Shown: positions 1 to 13,935 of the stretch, piece by piece
Layout of the letters: each line of letters opens with the position of its first letter
Numbering within the stretch: position 1 is the first letter of the stretch
From: Gemmatimonadaceae bacterium
Lineage (GTDB): Bacteria; Gemmatimonadota; Gemmatimonadetes; Gemmatimonadales; Gemmatimonadaceae
Reading direction: 5' to 3'
NCBI GenBank assembly: GCA_051859245.1
Contig: JBHYGA010000005.1
Coordinates: 448,001 to 512,000 of the forward strand
Length of the DNA: 64,000 bases
Translations under genes and position numbers: made by a program
Notes under the pieces: generated by a model
Database searches by the model: none
What the model was told of the DNA's origin: nothing
The model's input: the letters and a program-made list of their open reading frames with translations, nothing else

Positions 1-1
1 G

Positions 2-1494
<1,493 letters not shown>

Positions 1495-1509
1495 CGGGGC
1501 ACTACGGTT

Positions 1510-3183
1510 ATGCAGCTGACGCTTTGGACCTACGAAGGACCGCCGCACATGGGCGCGATGCGCATCGCCACGTCCATGGAAGGTGTGCACTATGTATTGC
1601 ACGCACCGCAGGGTGATACGTACGCCGATCTGTTGTTCACCATGATCGAACGACGCGATCGCCGCCCTCCCGTTACGTACACCACGTTTCAGGCGCGCGA
1701 TCTTGGTGGTGACACGGCCGAGTTGGTGAAAGTGACCGTGCGCGATGCGTACGAGCGCTTCAAGCCGCGCGCCATGCTCGTGGGTGAATCCTGCACGGCC
1801 GAGATCATTCAGGATCAGCCGGGCTCGCTCGCGCAGAGTATGGGGTTGCCGATTCCGGTGGTGAATCTCGAATTGCCGGCGTACTCCAAAAAAGAAAACT
1901 GGGGCGCGAGCGAAACGTTCTATCAGCTCGTGCGCACGTTGCTGCTGCCGCAAATGCCGGCACCAGGCACCGCGCGCGCGCCGCGTGATGCCTCGCGTCG
2001 TCCGCGTGCAAACTTGCTCGGCCCCACGCTGCTCGGGTTTCGCAATCGCGACGACGTAAAAGAAGTCACGCGGCTGCTTGGTGACATTGGTGTTGATGTG
2101 CACGTGGTGGCGCCGCTTACGGCCACACCGGAATCGCTCATGCGCATTCCCGAAGCGGACTTCAACATCTGTTTGTATCCGGAGATCGCCGACACCACGT
2201 GCAGCTGGCTTAAGCGCAGCTTCGGTATGCCGATCGTGAAAACCGTGCCGATCGGTATTGGCGCTACGCGTGACTTCATTTTGGAAGTTGGGCAGGTTGC
2301 GGGCATTGATGTCCAGCCGATGCTGGAGCGCGAACGACTTGGCGCCAGCACCATGGACTCGTCGCAGTCGCTGCTGCCGTGGTATTCGCGCTCGGTAGAC
2401 TCCACGTATCTCACCGGCAAGCGCGTCTTTGTGTTTGGCGATGCTACGCACGTGAAAGCCGCCGCGCGCATTGCCGCCGAAGAACTTGGCTTCACGATTG
2501 TGGGTGTCGGCACGTACAGCCGTGAGTATGCACGTGACGTGCGAGAAGTCGCGGCCAAGTATGGTGTTGAAGCCGTGATCAGTGATGACTATCTGGACGT
2601 CGAAAAGGCCGTGGGCGAAGCAGCACCGGAGCTGGTGCTCGGCACGCAGATGGAGCGCCACATTGCCAAGCGACTCGGTGTACCGTGTGCCGTGATTTCG
2701 TCACCGATTCACGTACAGGATGTGCCGGCGCGTTATTCGCCGCAGATGGGCTTTGAAGGCGCCAACGTGATCTTTGATACGTGGGTGCACCCGCTCATGA
2801 TGGGACTCGAAGAACATCTCTTGCAGATGTTCCGCGAAGACTTTGAGTTTGCGGATGGTGCGGTGCCCAGCCACCTGCACAGTGTGCATGGGGCGGGAGC
2901 GGCGGTGCCGGTGGAGCCTGAAGACGCCGCCGCTGTCGTGCCGAATTCGTCAGCGACGGCAACGGCCACACTCGTGGCCGAGCCGGCGGTTGAGACGGCG
3001 ACTGATACGGCGATCGCGGTGGAAGCCCAGTGGTTGCCCGACGCCGAAAAGGAGCTCAAGAAGATTCCGTTCTTCGTGCGCGGCAAAGCCAAGCGCAACA
3101 CGGAGCGGTACGCACTCGAGCACGGCATCGTGGATATCACGGTTGACACGCTGTATGAGGCCAAAGCCCACTATGGCCGCTAA
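1510..3183 (+). CDS. bchB: Dark-operative protochlorophyllide reductase subunit B
   Basis: [21 protein letters not shown], and C-terminal PCP_red-type [15 protein letters not shown]. Confidence 0.97.
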   Translation: MQLTLWTYEGPPHMGAMRIATSMEGVHYVLHAPQGDTYADLLFTMIERRDRRPPVTYTTFQARDLGGDTAELVKVTVRDAYERFKPRAMLVGESCTAEIIQDQPGSLAQSMGLPIPVVNLELPAYSKKENWGASETFYQLVRTLLLPQMPAPGTARAPRDASRRPRANLLGPTLLGFRNRDDVKEVTRLLGDIGVDVHVVAPLTATPESLMRIPEADFNICLYPEIADTTCSWLKRSFGMPIVKTVPIGIGATRDFILEVGQVAGIDVQPMLERERLGASTMDSSQSLLPWYSRSVDSTYLTGKRVFVFGDATHVKAAARIAAEELGFTIVGVGTYSREYARDVREVAAKYGVEAVISDDYLDVEKAVGEAAPELVLGTQMERHIAKRLGVPCAVISSPIHVQDVPARYSPQMGFEGANVIFDTWVHPLMMGLEEHLLQMFREDFEFADGAVPSHLHSVHGAGAAVPVEPEDAAAVVPNSSATATATLVAEPAVETATDTAIAVEAQWLPDAEKELKKIPFFVRGKAKRNTERYALEHGIVDITVDTLYEAKAHYGR

Positions 3184-6100
3184 GAAGGCAACGCCAACGG
3201 TGCATACCACACCGCTCAAGTTCGTGATCGTCACGCTCGATGCGCATCTGGCCGATGCGTTCGAGCGGGCGCGCACGTCGTTGCTGCGTGATATGCCTGC
3301 GCTGTCGTTGTCAATGCACGTCGCGGCGGATTGGGGCACCGATCCCAAGTCGGCCGAACGCGCGCGTGCGGACATTGCGAATGCCAACTTTATTGCTTGC
3401 ACGCAGCTCTTTCAGGAAGAGTACGCCAAGGAAGTGCTGGCGGCGGTGCAGGCACGTCGTGACGCAGCGGACGCGGTGCTGTGCGCGCTCTGCACGCCGG
3501 AGCTGGTGAAGTGCACGCGACTTGGCCGCTTTGATATGAGCGGCGATGCACCGCAGTCCAAGTTTTCGCCGCTGTCGTTGCTCAAAAAGCTTCGTGGCTC
3601 GCGCGACGACGGAAAGTCGAGCGGTGAGCGGCAAATGAAAGCACTGCGCACGCTGCCTGCCATTCTCAAGTTTGTACCGGGCAAGGCGCAGGATGTGCGG
3701 GCGTACTTGTTGCTGCTGCAGTACTGGCTCGCGGGCTCCGACAACAACATCGAACAGATGATTCGGTATCTGATCGATCGGTTTGCCGCAGGTCCGCGTG
3801 AAGTGCTGCGCGGTGCGCTCGCCCCGAAAGATCCGGAGCAGTATCCGGAAACGGGCGTGTGGCATCCGTCGCTGGCTGGGCGTGGCTTGACGGAAGATCT
3901 CAAGGCATTGCCTTCGAGCGCGCGTAACGGCACGGTTGGTGTGCTGGTTGGTCGCTCCTATTTGTTGGCCGATAACACCGCACATTACGCGGCTGTGCTT
4001 GCGGCACTCGAGGCGCGTGGGCTGCGCGTGATTCCCGCGTTCTCGAGTGCGCTTGATGCACGGCCGGCCATCGAACGGTATTTCCGCGATCGCAGCGGAA
4101 AAACCACGATTGATGCAATGATCAATCTCACGGGCTTTTCGCTCGTGGGTGGTCCCGCCTACAACGACTCGGCGGCCGCGCAGCTGGTGTTGTCTGGACT
4201 TGATGTGCCGTATCTCTCGCTGCAAACGCTTGAGTTCCAGACCATTGAAGAGTGGCGTGCCGACGCGCGTGGATTGAATCCGCTGCAGGCCACGTTGCAG
4301 GTGGCGATTCCCGAGCTCGACGGCGCAATTGTCCCCACGGTATTTGGTGGCAAGGGTAGTGCAGCGGCCGGTTCGGCTGCAGCTGCGTCTGAGCCAATCG
4401 CCGAACGTGTTGAGCGTGTGGCCGAACGTGTGGCGCGCCTGATCGCGCTGCGCAAAAAGGCACGCGCGGAACGCAAGGTGGCAATCATTCTGTTCAACTT
4501 CCCGCCGAACGCGGGCAACACCGGCAGCGCCGCGTATCTCGCGGTCTTCCCGTCGTTGCAGCGCACGCTCGCGGCGCTGAAAGAACAGGGCTACACGGTG
4601 GAGTTGCCGTCGAGCCCCGATGATTTGCGTGAGCGTATTACGCAAGGCAATCGTGAACAGTATGGCGCGCCGGCCAATGTGCACACGCGCATTCCCACCG
4701 ATGATCACGTGCGCCGCGAGAAGTGGTTGCCGGAGATTGAAAAAACGTGGGGCCCGGCGCCTGGCAAGCAGCTGACCGACGGACAGTCGCTGTTCGTGAT
4801 GGGCCTGCAACTCGGCAATGTGTTCATTGGTGTGCAGCCGTCGTTCGGATGGGAAGGTGATCCTATGCGACTGCTGTTTGAAGGCGGCTTTTCGCCCACG
4901 CATGCGTTCAGCGCATTCTATCGCTGGCTGGCCGAAGATTTCCGCGCCGATTCGGTGCTGCACTTTGGCACACACGGCGCGCTGGAGTTCATGCCGGGCA
5001 AGCAGGCCGGGCTCGACAGCACGTGCTGGCCGGAGCGGTTGATTGGTGATTTGCCCAACGTGTACCTGTACGCGTCAAACAACTCGTCAGAAGGCACGCT
5101 CGCCAAACGCCGCGGCAATGCCACGCTCGTCTCGTACCTCACGCCGCCGATCACCAACGCTGGTCTCTACAAAGGACTGCTCGAGCTCAAAGCCACGCTC
5201 GATCGCTGGCGTCAGCTTGATCGTGCGCAGGCCGAAGAAGCCGCCACGTTGCGCGCGTTGGTGCAACAGCAGGCCGCGAGCGTAGAGCTCGCGCCCGCTG
5301 AGCCGGCGTGGAGCATGGACGAAATGGATACGCGTGTGGCCGAGCTGCGTGAACGTTTGCTGGAGCTTGAGTACACGCTCATTCCGCTCGGGCTTCACGT
5401 GGTGGGTGAAGGCATGCCACCGGAAGCACGCGTTGATGTGCAGCTGGAAATCGCGCGCGGCGGACGGCCAGAGCGTGAACTCGCGTCGCTTGAAGAATCG
5501 ATTGCCGGCGCCGATGCGACACCGGAGCAGCGCCGTACGGCAATGACGGTAGCGCGCGCCGGCGTAGAATTGCTGGTGCAGGGGGCGAGCGCTGGCGAGA
5601 GCATGCGCGCCATGCGTGTGGCGGCCAACGCTGCCGGCGTACGCGTGAACGACGAACGCGCTGTTGAACAGCATTTTGAGCTGATGCGCGAGCTTGAGCC
5701 CAAGTTGCGTGAAGATCACGAAGTGCCGGGCGTGCTGCGTGCACTCGACGCGCGCTACGTAGCGCCGGCGCCTGGTGGTGATTTGCTGCGCATGCCGGCG
5801 GTGTTGCCTACGGGGCGCAACCTGTACGGCTTTGATCCGTATCGTGTGCCGAGCGCGATGGCCATGCTAGAGGGTCGCGCGCGTGCGGAGTCGCTGCTCA
5901 AGCGTCATGTGGACGACACGGGCGCGCTGCCGGAAACGGTGGCCGTAGTGCTCTGGGGAACGGATAATCTCAAGAGTGAAGGCACACCGCTCGCGCAGGT
6001 CATGGCGCTGATGGGTGTGGCGCCGCGCTTTGATTCGGTGGGGCGTTTGTGCGGTGCGCGCCTCATTCCGCTCGAGCAGCTTGGCCGTCCGCGCATTGAT

Positions 6101-7009
6101 GTGGTGATTACGCTCTCCGGCATTTTTCGCGATCTGTTGCCGCTGCAAGTGCGCTTGCTCGCCGAAGCCTCGCAGCTCTGCGCCGAAGCCAACGAAGATC
6201 CGTCACGCAACTTCATTCGCAAGCACACGCTGGCCACCATGGAAGCCACGGGCGCCACGCTGGAAGAAGCGGCGCTGCGTGTGTTCTCCAACGCCGATGG
6301 CGCGTACGGTTCCAATGTGAACCTGCTGATCGAAACGGGCCGCTGGGAAAACGAAGACGAGCTGGCCGATCAGTTTGTGCAGCGCAAGTCGTTTGCGTAC
6401 GGCGTGAACGGCCGCCCCGTGGCTCAGCCGGCGCTCATGAAGCGCATTCTGGCCACAGCGGAAGTGTCGTTTCAGGGTCTCGATTCTGTGGACCTTGGCG
6501 CAACCGACATCGATCAGTACGTGGAATCGCTCGGTGGTGTCACGCGCGTGATTGCGCAGCAGCGTGGTGGTGACACGCCGGCCGTGTATCTCGGGGACTA
6601 CTCCGGTGCGCAGGGCAAAGTGCGCACACTCAGCGAACAGGTTGAGCTGGAAAGCCGTACCAAGCTGCTCAATCCCAAGTGGTATGAAGGACAGTTGGCG
6701 TACGGCTACGAAGGCGCGCGCAATCTCACCGGTCACGTGTGTACCACGCTTGGCTGGTCAGCAACGGGCGGCGCGAAGGCCGTGCCACAGTGGGTGTACG
6801 GTGAGGTGTCCAACACGTTCATGTTGGACAAGGCAATGCGTGATCGCATTGCGGCAATGAATCCTGATGCCGCGCTGGGAATGGCCCAGCGACTGCTCGA
6901 AGCGAATGATCGAGGCTATTGGTCACCCGACGATGCAACGCTTGATGCGTTGCGCGACGCCGCGGCCGAACTCGAAGATCGACTCGAAGGTGTGTATGCG
7001 GTTTCCTGA
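3173..7009 (+). CDS. bchH: Magnesium chelatase subunit H
   Basis: [39 protein letters not shown]. Likely start is ATG 3173 (MAAKK), overlapping the bchB end; the ORF-track start at 2843 lies inside bchB. Confidence 0.95.
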   Translation: MAAKKATPTVHTTPLKFVIVTLDAHLADAFERARTSLLRDMPALSLSMHVAADWGTDPKSAERARADIANANFIACTQLFQEEYAKEVLAAVQARRDAADAVLCALCTPELVKCTRLGRFDMSGDAPQSKFSPLSLLKKLRGSRDDGKSSGERQMKALRTLPAILKFVPGKAQDVRAYLLLLQYWLAGSDNNIEQMIRYLIDRFAAGPREVLRGALAPKDPEQYPETGVWHPSLAGRGLTEDLKALPSSARNGTVGVLVGRSYLLADNTAHYAAVLAALEARGLRVIPAFSSALDARPAIERYFRDRSGKTTIDAMINLTGFSLVGGPAYNDSAAAQLVLSGLDVPYLSLQTLEFQTIEEWRADARGLNPLQATLQVAIPELDGAIVPTVFGGKGSAAAGSAAAASEPIAERVERVAERVARLIALRKKARAERKVAIILFNFPPNAGNTGSAAYLAVFPSLQRTLAALKEQGYTVELPSSPDDLRERITQGNREQYGAPANVHTRIPTDDHVRREKWLPEIEKTWGPAPGKQLTDGQSLFVMGLQLGNVFIGVQPSFGWEGDPMRLLFEGGFSPTHAFSAFYRWLAEDFRADSVLHFGTHGALEFMPGKQAGLDSTCWPERLIGDLPNVYLYASNNSSEGTLAKRRGNATLVSYLTPPITNAGLYKGLLELKATLDRWRQLDRAQAEEAATLRALVQQQAASVELAPAEPAWSMDEMDTRVAELRERLLELEYTLIPLGLHVVGEGMPPEARVDVQLEIARGGRPERELASLEESIAGADATPEQRRTAMTVARAGVELLVQGASAGESMRAMRVAANAAGVRVNDERAVEQHFELMRELEPKLREDHEVPGVLRALDARYVAPAPGGDLLRMPAVLPTGRNLYGFDPYRVPSAMAMLEGRARAESLLKRHVDDTGALPETVAVVLWGTDNLKSEGTPLAQVMALMGVAPRFDSVGRLCGARLIPLEQLGRPRIDVVITLSGIFRDLLPLQVRLLAEASQLCAEANEDPSRNFIRKHTLATMEATGATLEEAALRVFSNADGAYGSNVNLLIETGRWENEDELADQFVQRKSFAYGVNGRPVAQPALMKRILATAEVSFQGLDSVDLGATDIDQYVESLGGVTRVIAQQRGGDTPAVYLGDYSGAQGKVRTLSEQVELESRTKLLNPKWYEGQLAYGYEGARNLTGHVCTTLGWSATGGAKAVPQWVYGEVSNTFMLDKAMRDRIAAMNPDAALGMAQRLLEANDRGYWSPDDATLDALRDAAAELEDRLEGVYAVS

Positions 7010-7032
7010 GCCTTCGCGCAAGCGAAGCATGA

Positions 7033-8815
<1,783 letters not shown>

Positions 8816-8819
<4 letters not shown>

Positions 8820-9142
8820 TGGGTTTTCTGGTAGCCGCCGGCGTGTTGGCGATCGGTCTGGTGTGGTACGTGGTCACGCGCCGCAGCGAAGTGCGCTGCA
8901 CGGTAGACCTCGAGGCCACGCACGATCACTTTCACGCGCACGTAGACCTTGATGGTGTGAATGTGGATCCAGGCGACGCGGTTCTGGTGCATAACACACC
9001 CAGTCGTATTCCGTTTGGCACCACAGAAAAGTTTGAGAGCACGGCCACGGTGTATCGCGCGAGCTGGCTCAAGCGCCAAATGGTACGAATGTTCGGCAGC
9101 ACCGAAATTTCGGCGCTGTATGAAGTTGGATTTGAAGGCTGA
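8816..9142 (+). CDS. bciE: BciE-like accessory protein of the O2-dependent cyclase, with an N-terminal hydrophobic helix
   Basis: CTVDLE..HAHVDLD...VDPGDAVLVH...FG....TATVYRASWLKR resembles Rhodobacter BciE; lies directly upstream of acsF. Confidence 0.75.
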
Positions 9143-9157
9143 GGCCCGGAGTCATAC

Positions 9158-10243
9158 ATGTATCCCACCACGACAGAAGCTCCACTGCGCGCCCGTGAGG
9201 CGCCAAATGAAAGCACCAAGCTCGCGCAGCAGGACGCGATGCTTACGCCGCGCTTTTACACCACGGACTTCGAGCAGCTCAACGCACTGAAGGTCACGGC
9301 CGAGAATCGCCCCATGTGGGACGCGATCCTCAAGGAATTCCGCGACGATCCGAACCGCAATCACTTCAAGCGGAACGCCGATTTTGACGCAGACTTCAGC
9401 GGCATGGATCCGGAGCTGCGCGAGCAGTTTATGGATTTCCTGGTGAGCTCCGTGACCGCCGAGTTCTCGGGGTGCATTCTGTACGCCGAAATCAAGAAGC
9501 GCGTAAAAAATCCTGATGTGCGCGAACTGTTCGGCTTCATGAGCCGCGACGAAGGGCGCCACGCGGGCTTCATCAATCACACGCTGAATGACTTCAACGT
9601 GGCCGTGGATCTGTCATTTCTGACCAAGGCCAAGAAGTACACGTTCTTCCAGCCGAAATTCATTTACTACGCCACGTATCTGTCAGAAAAAATCGGATAC
9701 GCGCGCTACATCACGATTTATCGCAACTTCGAGAAGAAGCCGGAAAAGCGTTTCCATCCGATCTTCAAGTGGTTCGAGAATTGGTGCCTCGACGAGTTCC
9801 GCCATGGCGAGGCGTTTGCGGTGCTCATGCGTTCCAATCCGGATCTGCTCGAAGGGCGCAACAAACTCTGGATTCGTTTTTTCCTGCTCGCCGTGTTCTG
9901 CACGATGTATGTGCGTGACCACGCGCGTCGCCCGTTCTTTGAGGCGATGGGCATGGATCCCGACGTGTTCGACAAGGAAGTCATCACGCTGACAAACCTG
10001 ATCAGCCGTCAGTGCTTCCCGGAAACCATCGATACGGATAACCCCAAGTTCTGGGCGTTGCTCGAGGAGATGTGGCAGAACACCGACAAAATGAATCAGA
10101 TCGAAAAGGCGGGCGGGGCGTTGGCGTCGGCGCGCATCACGGCGCTCAAGGCGGCCAATGGCCTGGTGTTCGCGCGGCTCTTTGCACTCACTCCGCATCG
10201 GCAAGCGCTGCCCGCTGATGTGCGTGTGCAACCGGTGTGGTGA
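9158..10243 (+). CDS. acsF: O2-dependent Mg-protoporphyrin IX monomethyl ester cyclase
   Basis: LTPRFYTTDF, AEFSGC, DEGRHAGF, YLSEKIGYARY, DEFRHG di-iron motifs. Confidence 0.97.
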   Translation: MYPTTTEAPLRAREAPNESTKLAQQDAMLTPRFYTTDFEQLNALKVTAENRPMWDAILKEFRDDPNRNHFKRNADFDADFSGMDPELREQFMDFLVSSVTAEFSGCILYAEIKKRVKNPDVRELFGFMSRDEGRHAGFINHTLNDFNVAVDLSFLTKAKKYTFFQPKFIYYATYLSEKIGYARYITIYRNFEKKPEKRFHPIFKWFENWCLDEFRHGEAFAVLMRSNPDLLEGRNKLWIRFFLLAVFCTMYVRDHARRPFFEAMGMDPDVFDKEVITLTNLISRQCFPETIDTDNPKFWALLEEMWQNTDKMNQIEKAGGALASARITALKAANGLVFARLFALTPHRQALPADVRVQPVW

Positions 10244-10252
10244 GGCGCACGC

Positions 10253-11704
10253 ATGAGTGAGGGGACGAGCTCAGTTGCCGTGAAAACATGGCAACGCGTG
10301 TCAACGAAGTGGCTCCCGTTCGCCGATGTGGCGAACGAGGATCTGCCGTTCTCCAAGTTGCTGCGGTTGTCCATGTTCCAGTTGTCCGTGGGCATGGTGC
10401 AAACGCTGTTTGTTGGCACGCTCAACCGCGTGATGATTGTGGAGTTGGCGGTACCGGCATCCATCGTGGCGATCATGCTTGCGATTCCGTTGCTGGTGGC
10501 GCCGTTTCGTGCGCTGGTGGGCTTTCGTTCCGACACGCACCGCAGCGTACTCGGACTCAAGCGCGTGCCGTATCTGTGGTTGGGCTCGTGGTTGCAGTTC
10601 AGCGGCCTGGCCATGATGCCGTTTGCCTTGCTGGTGTTGTCTGAAGCCGGCGTGCGCACACCGGTGTGGGTTGGCTGGCTCGGCGCCGGCGTGGCATTCC
10701 TGCTGGCCGGCGCGGGTGCACACACCACGCAAACAGCCGGACTCGCGCTGGCGACTGATGTGGTGCGCGAAGACAAACGTCCGCGCGTGATTGCCATGAT
10801 GTATCTGATGATGCTGCTCGGCACACTCATTGCCGCCATCGTGCTCGAGTGGCTGCTGCGTGACTTCGCAGAGATCAAGCTGATCCAGGTGATTCAGGGC
10901 ACGGCCGTGTTCACCGTGTTGTGCAACCTGATCTCCCTCTGGAAGCAAGAAGCGCGTGTGCGTGGCGTGGTGCCCTACAAAAAGGGTGAACGTCGTCCGC
11001 GATTTAAAGAAGCGTGGCAAACGTTCACCGCCGGTGGCAGTGCGGTGCGTTTGCTCGTCGCGTCGGGGCTCGGCTTCTTCGCGTTCAACTTGCAAGACGT
11101 ATTGCTCGAGCCGTACGGCGGTGAGATTCTCGGCTTGTCGGTGTCCGCAACCACCGGGCTCACCGGCATCATGGCGGTTGGCGCAGTGTTCGCATTCATG
11201 CTGGCGGCGTGGGCGCTCAAGAACTCGGCCGATCCGATCCGACTCGCTGCCGTTGGCGCGCTCGCCGGTGTTTCAGGATTTGCGGCGATCATTTTTGCGT
11301 CGCCGCTTGAATCCGCCGGCATGTTCCGACTCGGCACCATGGCCATCGGGTTTGGCGAAGGGCTCTTTGGTGTGGGCACGCTGTCCACCGCGATGACGTT
11401 GCGCGATCCGTCGCAGCACGGCATTGCGCTGGGTGCGTGGGGCGCAGTGTTTGCGACGGCCGAAGGCACGTCATTCGCGCTGAGCGGCATCATGAAGGAT
11501 TGGCTGTCGCATCTGGTCGAAGCGGGTTCGCTCGGGCCGGCCATGAGTATTCCGTCGGTGCCGTATTCCGTTGTGTATCATCTGGAAATTCTCGTCCTCT
11601 TCGCCACGCTTGTTGCACTCGGTCCGCTGGTGCGGCGCCGCGGTGTGCAAGCGCGTGAAGAGTTGGTCGCCCGGCCATTCGGCCTCGCCGACATCCCCGC
11701 GTGA
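10253..11704 (+). CDS. lhaA: PucC/LhaA family MFS light-harvesting assembly factor
   Basis: [50 protein letters not shown]; upstream of puhA. Confidence 0.9.
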   Translation: MSEGTSSVAVKTWQRVSTKWLPFADVANEDLPFSKLLRLSMFQLSVGMVQTLFVGTLNRVMIVELAVPASIVAIMLAIPLLVAPFRALVGFRSDTHRSVLGLKRVPYLWLGSWLQFSGLAMMPFALLVLSEAGVRTPVWVGWLGAGVAFLLAGAGAHTTQTAGLALATDVVREDKRPRVIAMMYLMMLLGTLIAAIVLEWLLRDFAEIKLIQVIQGTAVFTVLCNLISLWKQEARVRGVVPYKKGERRPRFKEAWQTFTAGGSAVRLLVASGLGFFAFNLQDVLLEPYGGEILGLSVSATTGLTGIMAVGAVFAFMLAAWALKNSADPIRLAAVGALAGVSGFAAIIFASPLESAGMFRLGTMAIGFGEGLFGVGTLSTAMTLRDPSQHGIALGAWGAVFATAEGTSFALSGIMKDWLSHLVEAGSLGPAMSIPSVPYSVVYHLEILVLFATLVALGPLVRRRGVQAREELVARPFGLADIPA

Positions 11705-11741
11705 TGAACGCGGAATCACCACTCCATTCCCGGAGCTGACC

Positions 11742-11942
11742 ATGCAAATCGATGGTGCCTCGATCGCACTCTACGCGTTCTGGTTTTTCTTCGCAGGGTT
11801 GATCATCTACCTGCGTCGTGAAGACAAGCGCGAAGGTTATCCACTCGACTCACCGCAGGGTCCGCGCGAAGGCTGGCCGCCGGTGCCGAGCAAGAAAGAA
11901 TATCTGCACGCCCCCCATCATCATTCTGAGGAGACGCACTGA
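11742..11942 (+). CDS. puhA: Reaction centre H subunit, transmembrane part (Ht)
   Basis: [35 protein letters not shown] matches the PuhA N-terminus; 66 aa; RBS ggag upstream. Confidence 0.9.
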   Translation: MQIDGASIALYAFWFFFAGLIIYLRREDKREGYPLDSPQGPREGWPPVPSKKEYLHAPHHHSEETH

Positions 11943-12490
11943 TGGCTGAGTATGAGCTGAAGGCGGTGCCGGCTGATCGTTACAACGGATCGCCCATCAT
12001 CCCCACCGGCAACCCGATGATTGATGGTGTTGGACCAGCTGCGTGGGCGCAGCGTTCCGACACGCCGGACCTCACGGTGCACGGCAAGCCCAAGATTGTG
12101 CCCATGCGCACCGCGCCGGGATACACGATTGCGAGCAACGATCCGGACCCGCGCGGTTTGCCGGTGATTGCGGCCGACAAGCAGACGGCCGGTATTGTTG
12201 TTGATGTGTGGGTTGATCGTTCGGAGCCGCAGGTGCGCTACTACGAAGTGCAGCTTGCCGGATCCGAAGCGCGTCGTCTGCTGCCGGCCGGTTATGTGCA
12301 GTGGCCGAACTTTGGCTTGTGGGGCAATGATCGCTTGCTCGTGAAAACGATCACCGCGGCGCAGTTCCACAATGTGCCAACCATCAAGCGCGATGACACG
12401 ATCACGTTGCTCGAAGAAGACAAGATCACGGCGTATTACGCCGGTGGTCAGATGTACGCCATGGACGGTCGCGCGGAGCCGTTGATCTGA
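11942..12490 (+). CDS. puhA: Reaction centre H subunit, cytoplasmic PRC-barrel part (Hc)
   Basis: PTGNPMIDGVGPAAWAQRSD, DPDPRGLPV, ITLLEEDKITAYYAGG; own RBS (gaggag) and TGATG overlap with Ht. Confidence 0.92.
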   Translation: MAEYELKAVPADRYNGSPIIPTGNPMIDGVGPAAWAQRSDTPDLTVHGKPKIVPMRTAPGYTIASNDPDPRGLPVIAADKQTAGIVVDVWVDRSEPQVRYYEVQLAGSEARRLLPAGYVQWPNFGLWGNDRLLVKTITAAQFHNVPTIKRDDTITLLEEDKITAYYAGGQMYAMDGRAEPLI

Positions 12491-13179
12491 TGTCGACTTC
12501 ATCACCGTCGGAGACACCGGGCCACGTCGAGTCCGACGCCCCGGTGTTCATCCGCGGCGTTTCGCATCCGCTGCCTCCCGATGAGCGCTTGCTTTGGGAG
12601 GGCGCACCGAAGGCTGGTCTGATTGCACGCCACGTGTTTCATCGCTGGCTGGTGATTGGCTACTTCGCGCTTGTTACGAGCTGGTGGGTCTCGCAAACGT
12701 ATGGCACGGTGGAGACCGACGCGTTTCTCCCAATGCTGGGCATGCGTTTGCTCCTGGCGGCCATCGTGATTGGTACGGTTGAGTTTCTCGCGCGCACGAT
12801 CGCCAACACCACGGTGTACGCGATTACGTCAAAACGTCTGGTCCTCAAGATTGGCATGGTGTTGCCAATGTCGATCAACGTCCCGTTTCGCATTGTGCAG
12901 AACGCGGGCGTGGGCAAGTTCCGCGATGGCTCCGGACAGATTGCGCTGTCGCTGATCAAGGGACAGCGTCTCGCGTACGTTGCGCTGTGGCCGCATTGCA
13001 AGGTGTTTTCGATCAACCATCCGCAGCCGGTGTTACGCGGGCTGCACGACGTGGATCGTGTGAGCGCCATCTTGCGCGACGCGATCGTGGCCGAAGCGGC
13101 GGCGTCTGGCGCGGGTGAAGCGATTGTCACCGAACGCGCGCCCAGCGGTACAGCGAGCGCTGTGCTGCAGCCCACCTGA
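12490..13179 (+). CDS. puhB: Photosynthetic complex assembly protein PuhB
   Basis: LPPDERLLWEGAP, TTVYAITSKRLVLKIG, YVALWPH; operon position. Confidence 0.88.
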   Translation: MSTSSPSETPGHVESDAPVFIRGVSHPLPPDERLLWEGAPKAGLIARHVFHRWLVIGYFALVTSWWVSQTYGTVETDAFLPMLGMRLLLAAIVIGTVEFLARTIANTTVYAITSKRLVLKIGMVLPMSINVPFRIVQNAGVGKFRDGSGQIALSLIKGQRLAYVALWPHCKVFSINHPQPVLRGLHDVDRVSAILRDAIVAEAAASGAGEAIVTERAPSGTASAVLQPT

Positions 13180-13204
13180 TTTTCTTTTACTGATTGCAAC
13201 GCAT

Positions 13205-13708
13205 ATGAGTGCCAACGTTCATTTCGAGCCGGAACCAGGAAGTCGGGACGCGATGCCAGGCATCGGCGTGCCAAAGGGCGCGCTGTACATGGCACTCGCG
13301 CTTATCGTGCTCACGTTTGCGCTCGCGATTTCAGCGCGTGTGTTTGGGTTCGGTGCATTCGCGCCGGAAACGGGTACGCCGATCATCACGCGCTCACTCA
13401 CGTTTACTGATGCACCAGACGGTGGCATTCTGGTGCATGACGCTGAGAGCAAATCGCTGGCCACGGTGTTGCCGCCCAACTCGAGCAACTTCATTCGCGG
13501 CGCGCTGCGTGCGCTCACCCGCAAACGCCGCCTGGCGAGCATCGGGCCCGAAGTGGCGTTTGTGCTCACGCGCTACGATGACGGACGGTTGGTGTTGAGC
13601 GATCCCGAGACCAAGGCCACGGTGAGTGTGTCGAGCTTTGGGCCCACGCAGATTGCGTCGTTTGATTCGCTGCTGGTGGTGGGGCGCAAGGCGGCGGTGG
13701 CGCCGTAG
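13205..13708 (+). CDS. puhC: Photosynthetic complex assembly protein PuhC
   Basis: LTFTDAPDGGILV, FIRGALRALTRKRR, DGRLVLSDPET, SFGPT; probable ATG at 13205. Confidence 0.88.
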   Translation: MSANVHFEPEPGSRDAMPGIGVPKGALYMALALIVLTFALAISARVFGFGAFAPETGTPIITRSLTFTDAPDGGILVHDAESKSLATVLPPNSSNFIRGALRALTRKRRLASIGPEVAFVLTRYDDGRLVLSDPETKATVSVSSFGPTQIASFDSLLVVGRKAAVAP

Positions 13709-13723
13709 GTGTTCCTCGCTGGA

Positions 13724-13917
13724 GTGCTCCTAATGCTGGGGGAACAGCGGCGGGAAGACACAAAGGCACGAAGGACACGAAGAAGAGCAACTGCAAAGGA
13801 TTCTTGATGAACAGCAACTGAACGAGGGTGCATTTTTCCCTCAAAATTCAGTTGCTGTTTTTGTGTCCTTCGTGCCTTTGTGTCTTCCCGCCGCAGTTCT
13901 CCCAGCACTAGGCGCAC
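13724..13917. repeat. ~195-nt palindromic (REP/MITE-like) element between convergent genes
   Basis: 55-nt arms at 13724-13778 and 13863-13917 with 4 mismatches and a perfect 32-nt core; nested inner IR aacagcaactgaa/ttcagttgctgtt. Confidence 0.9.
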
Positions 13918-13935
13918 CTGCGCTTCAGCGCCCCA

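Noticed and set aside
2843..3172. N-terminal extension of the BchH ORF
   Set aside because: Lies inside bchB and reads as Arg-rich noise; ATG 3173 is the better start.
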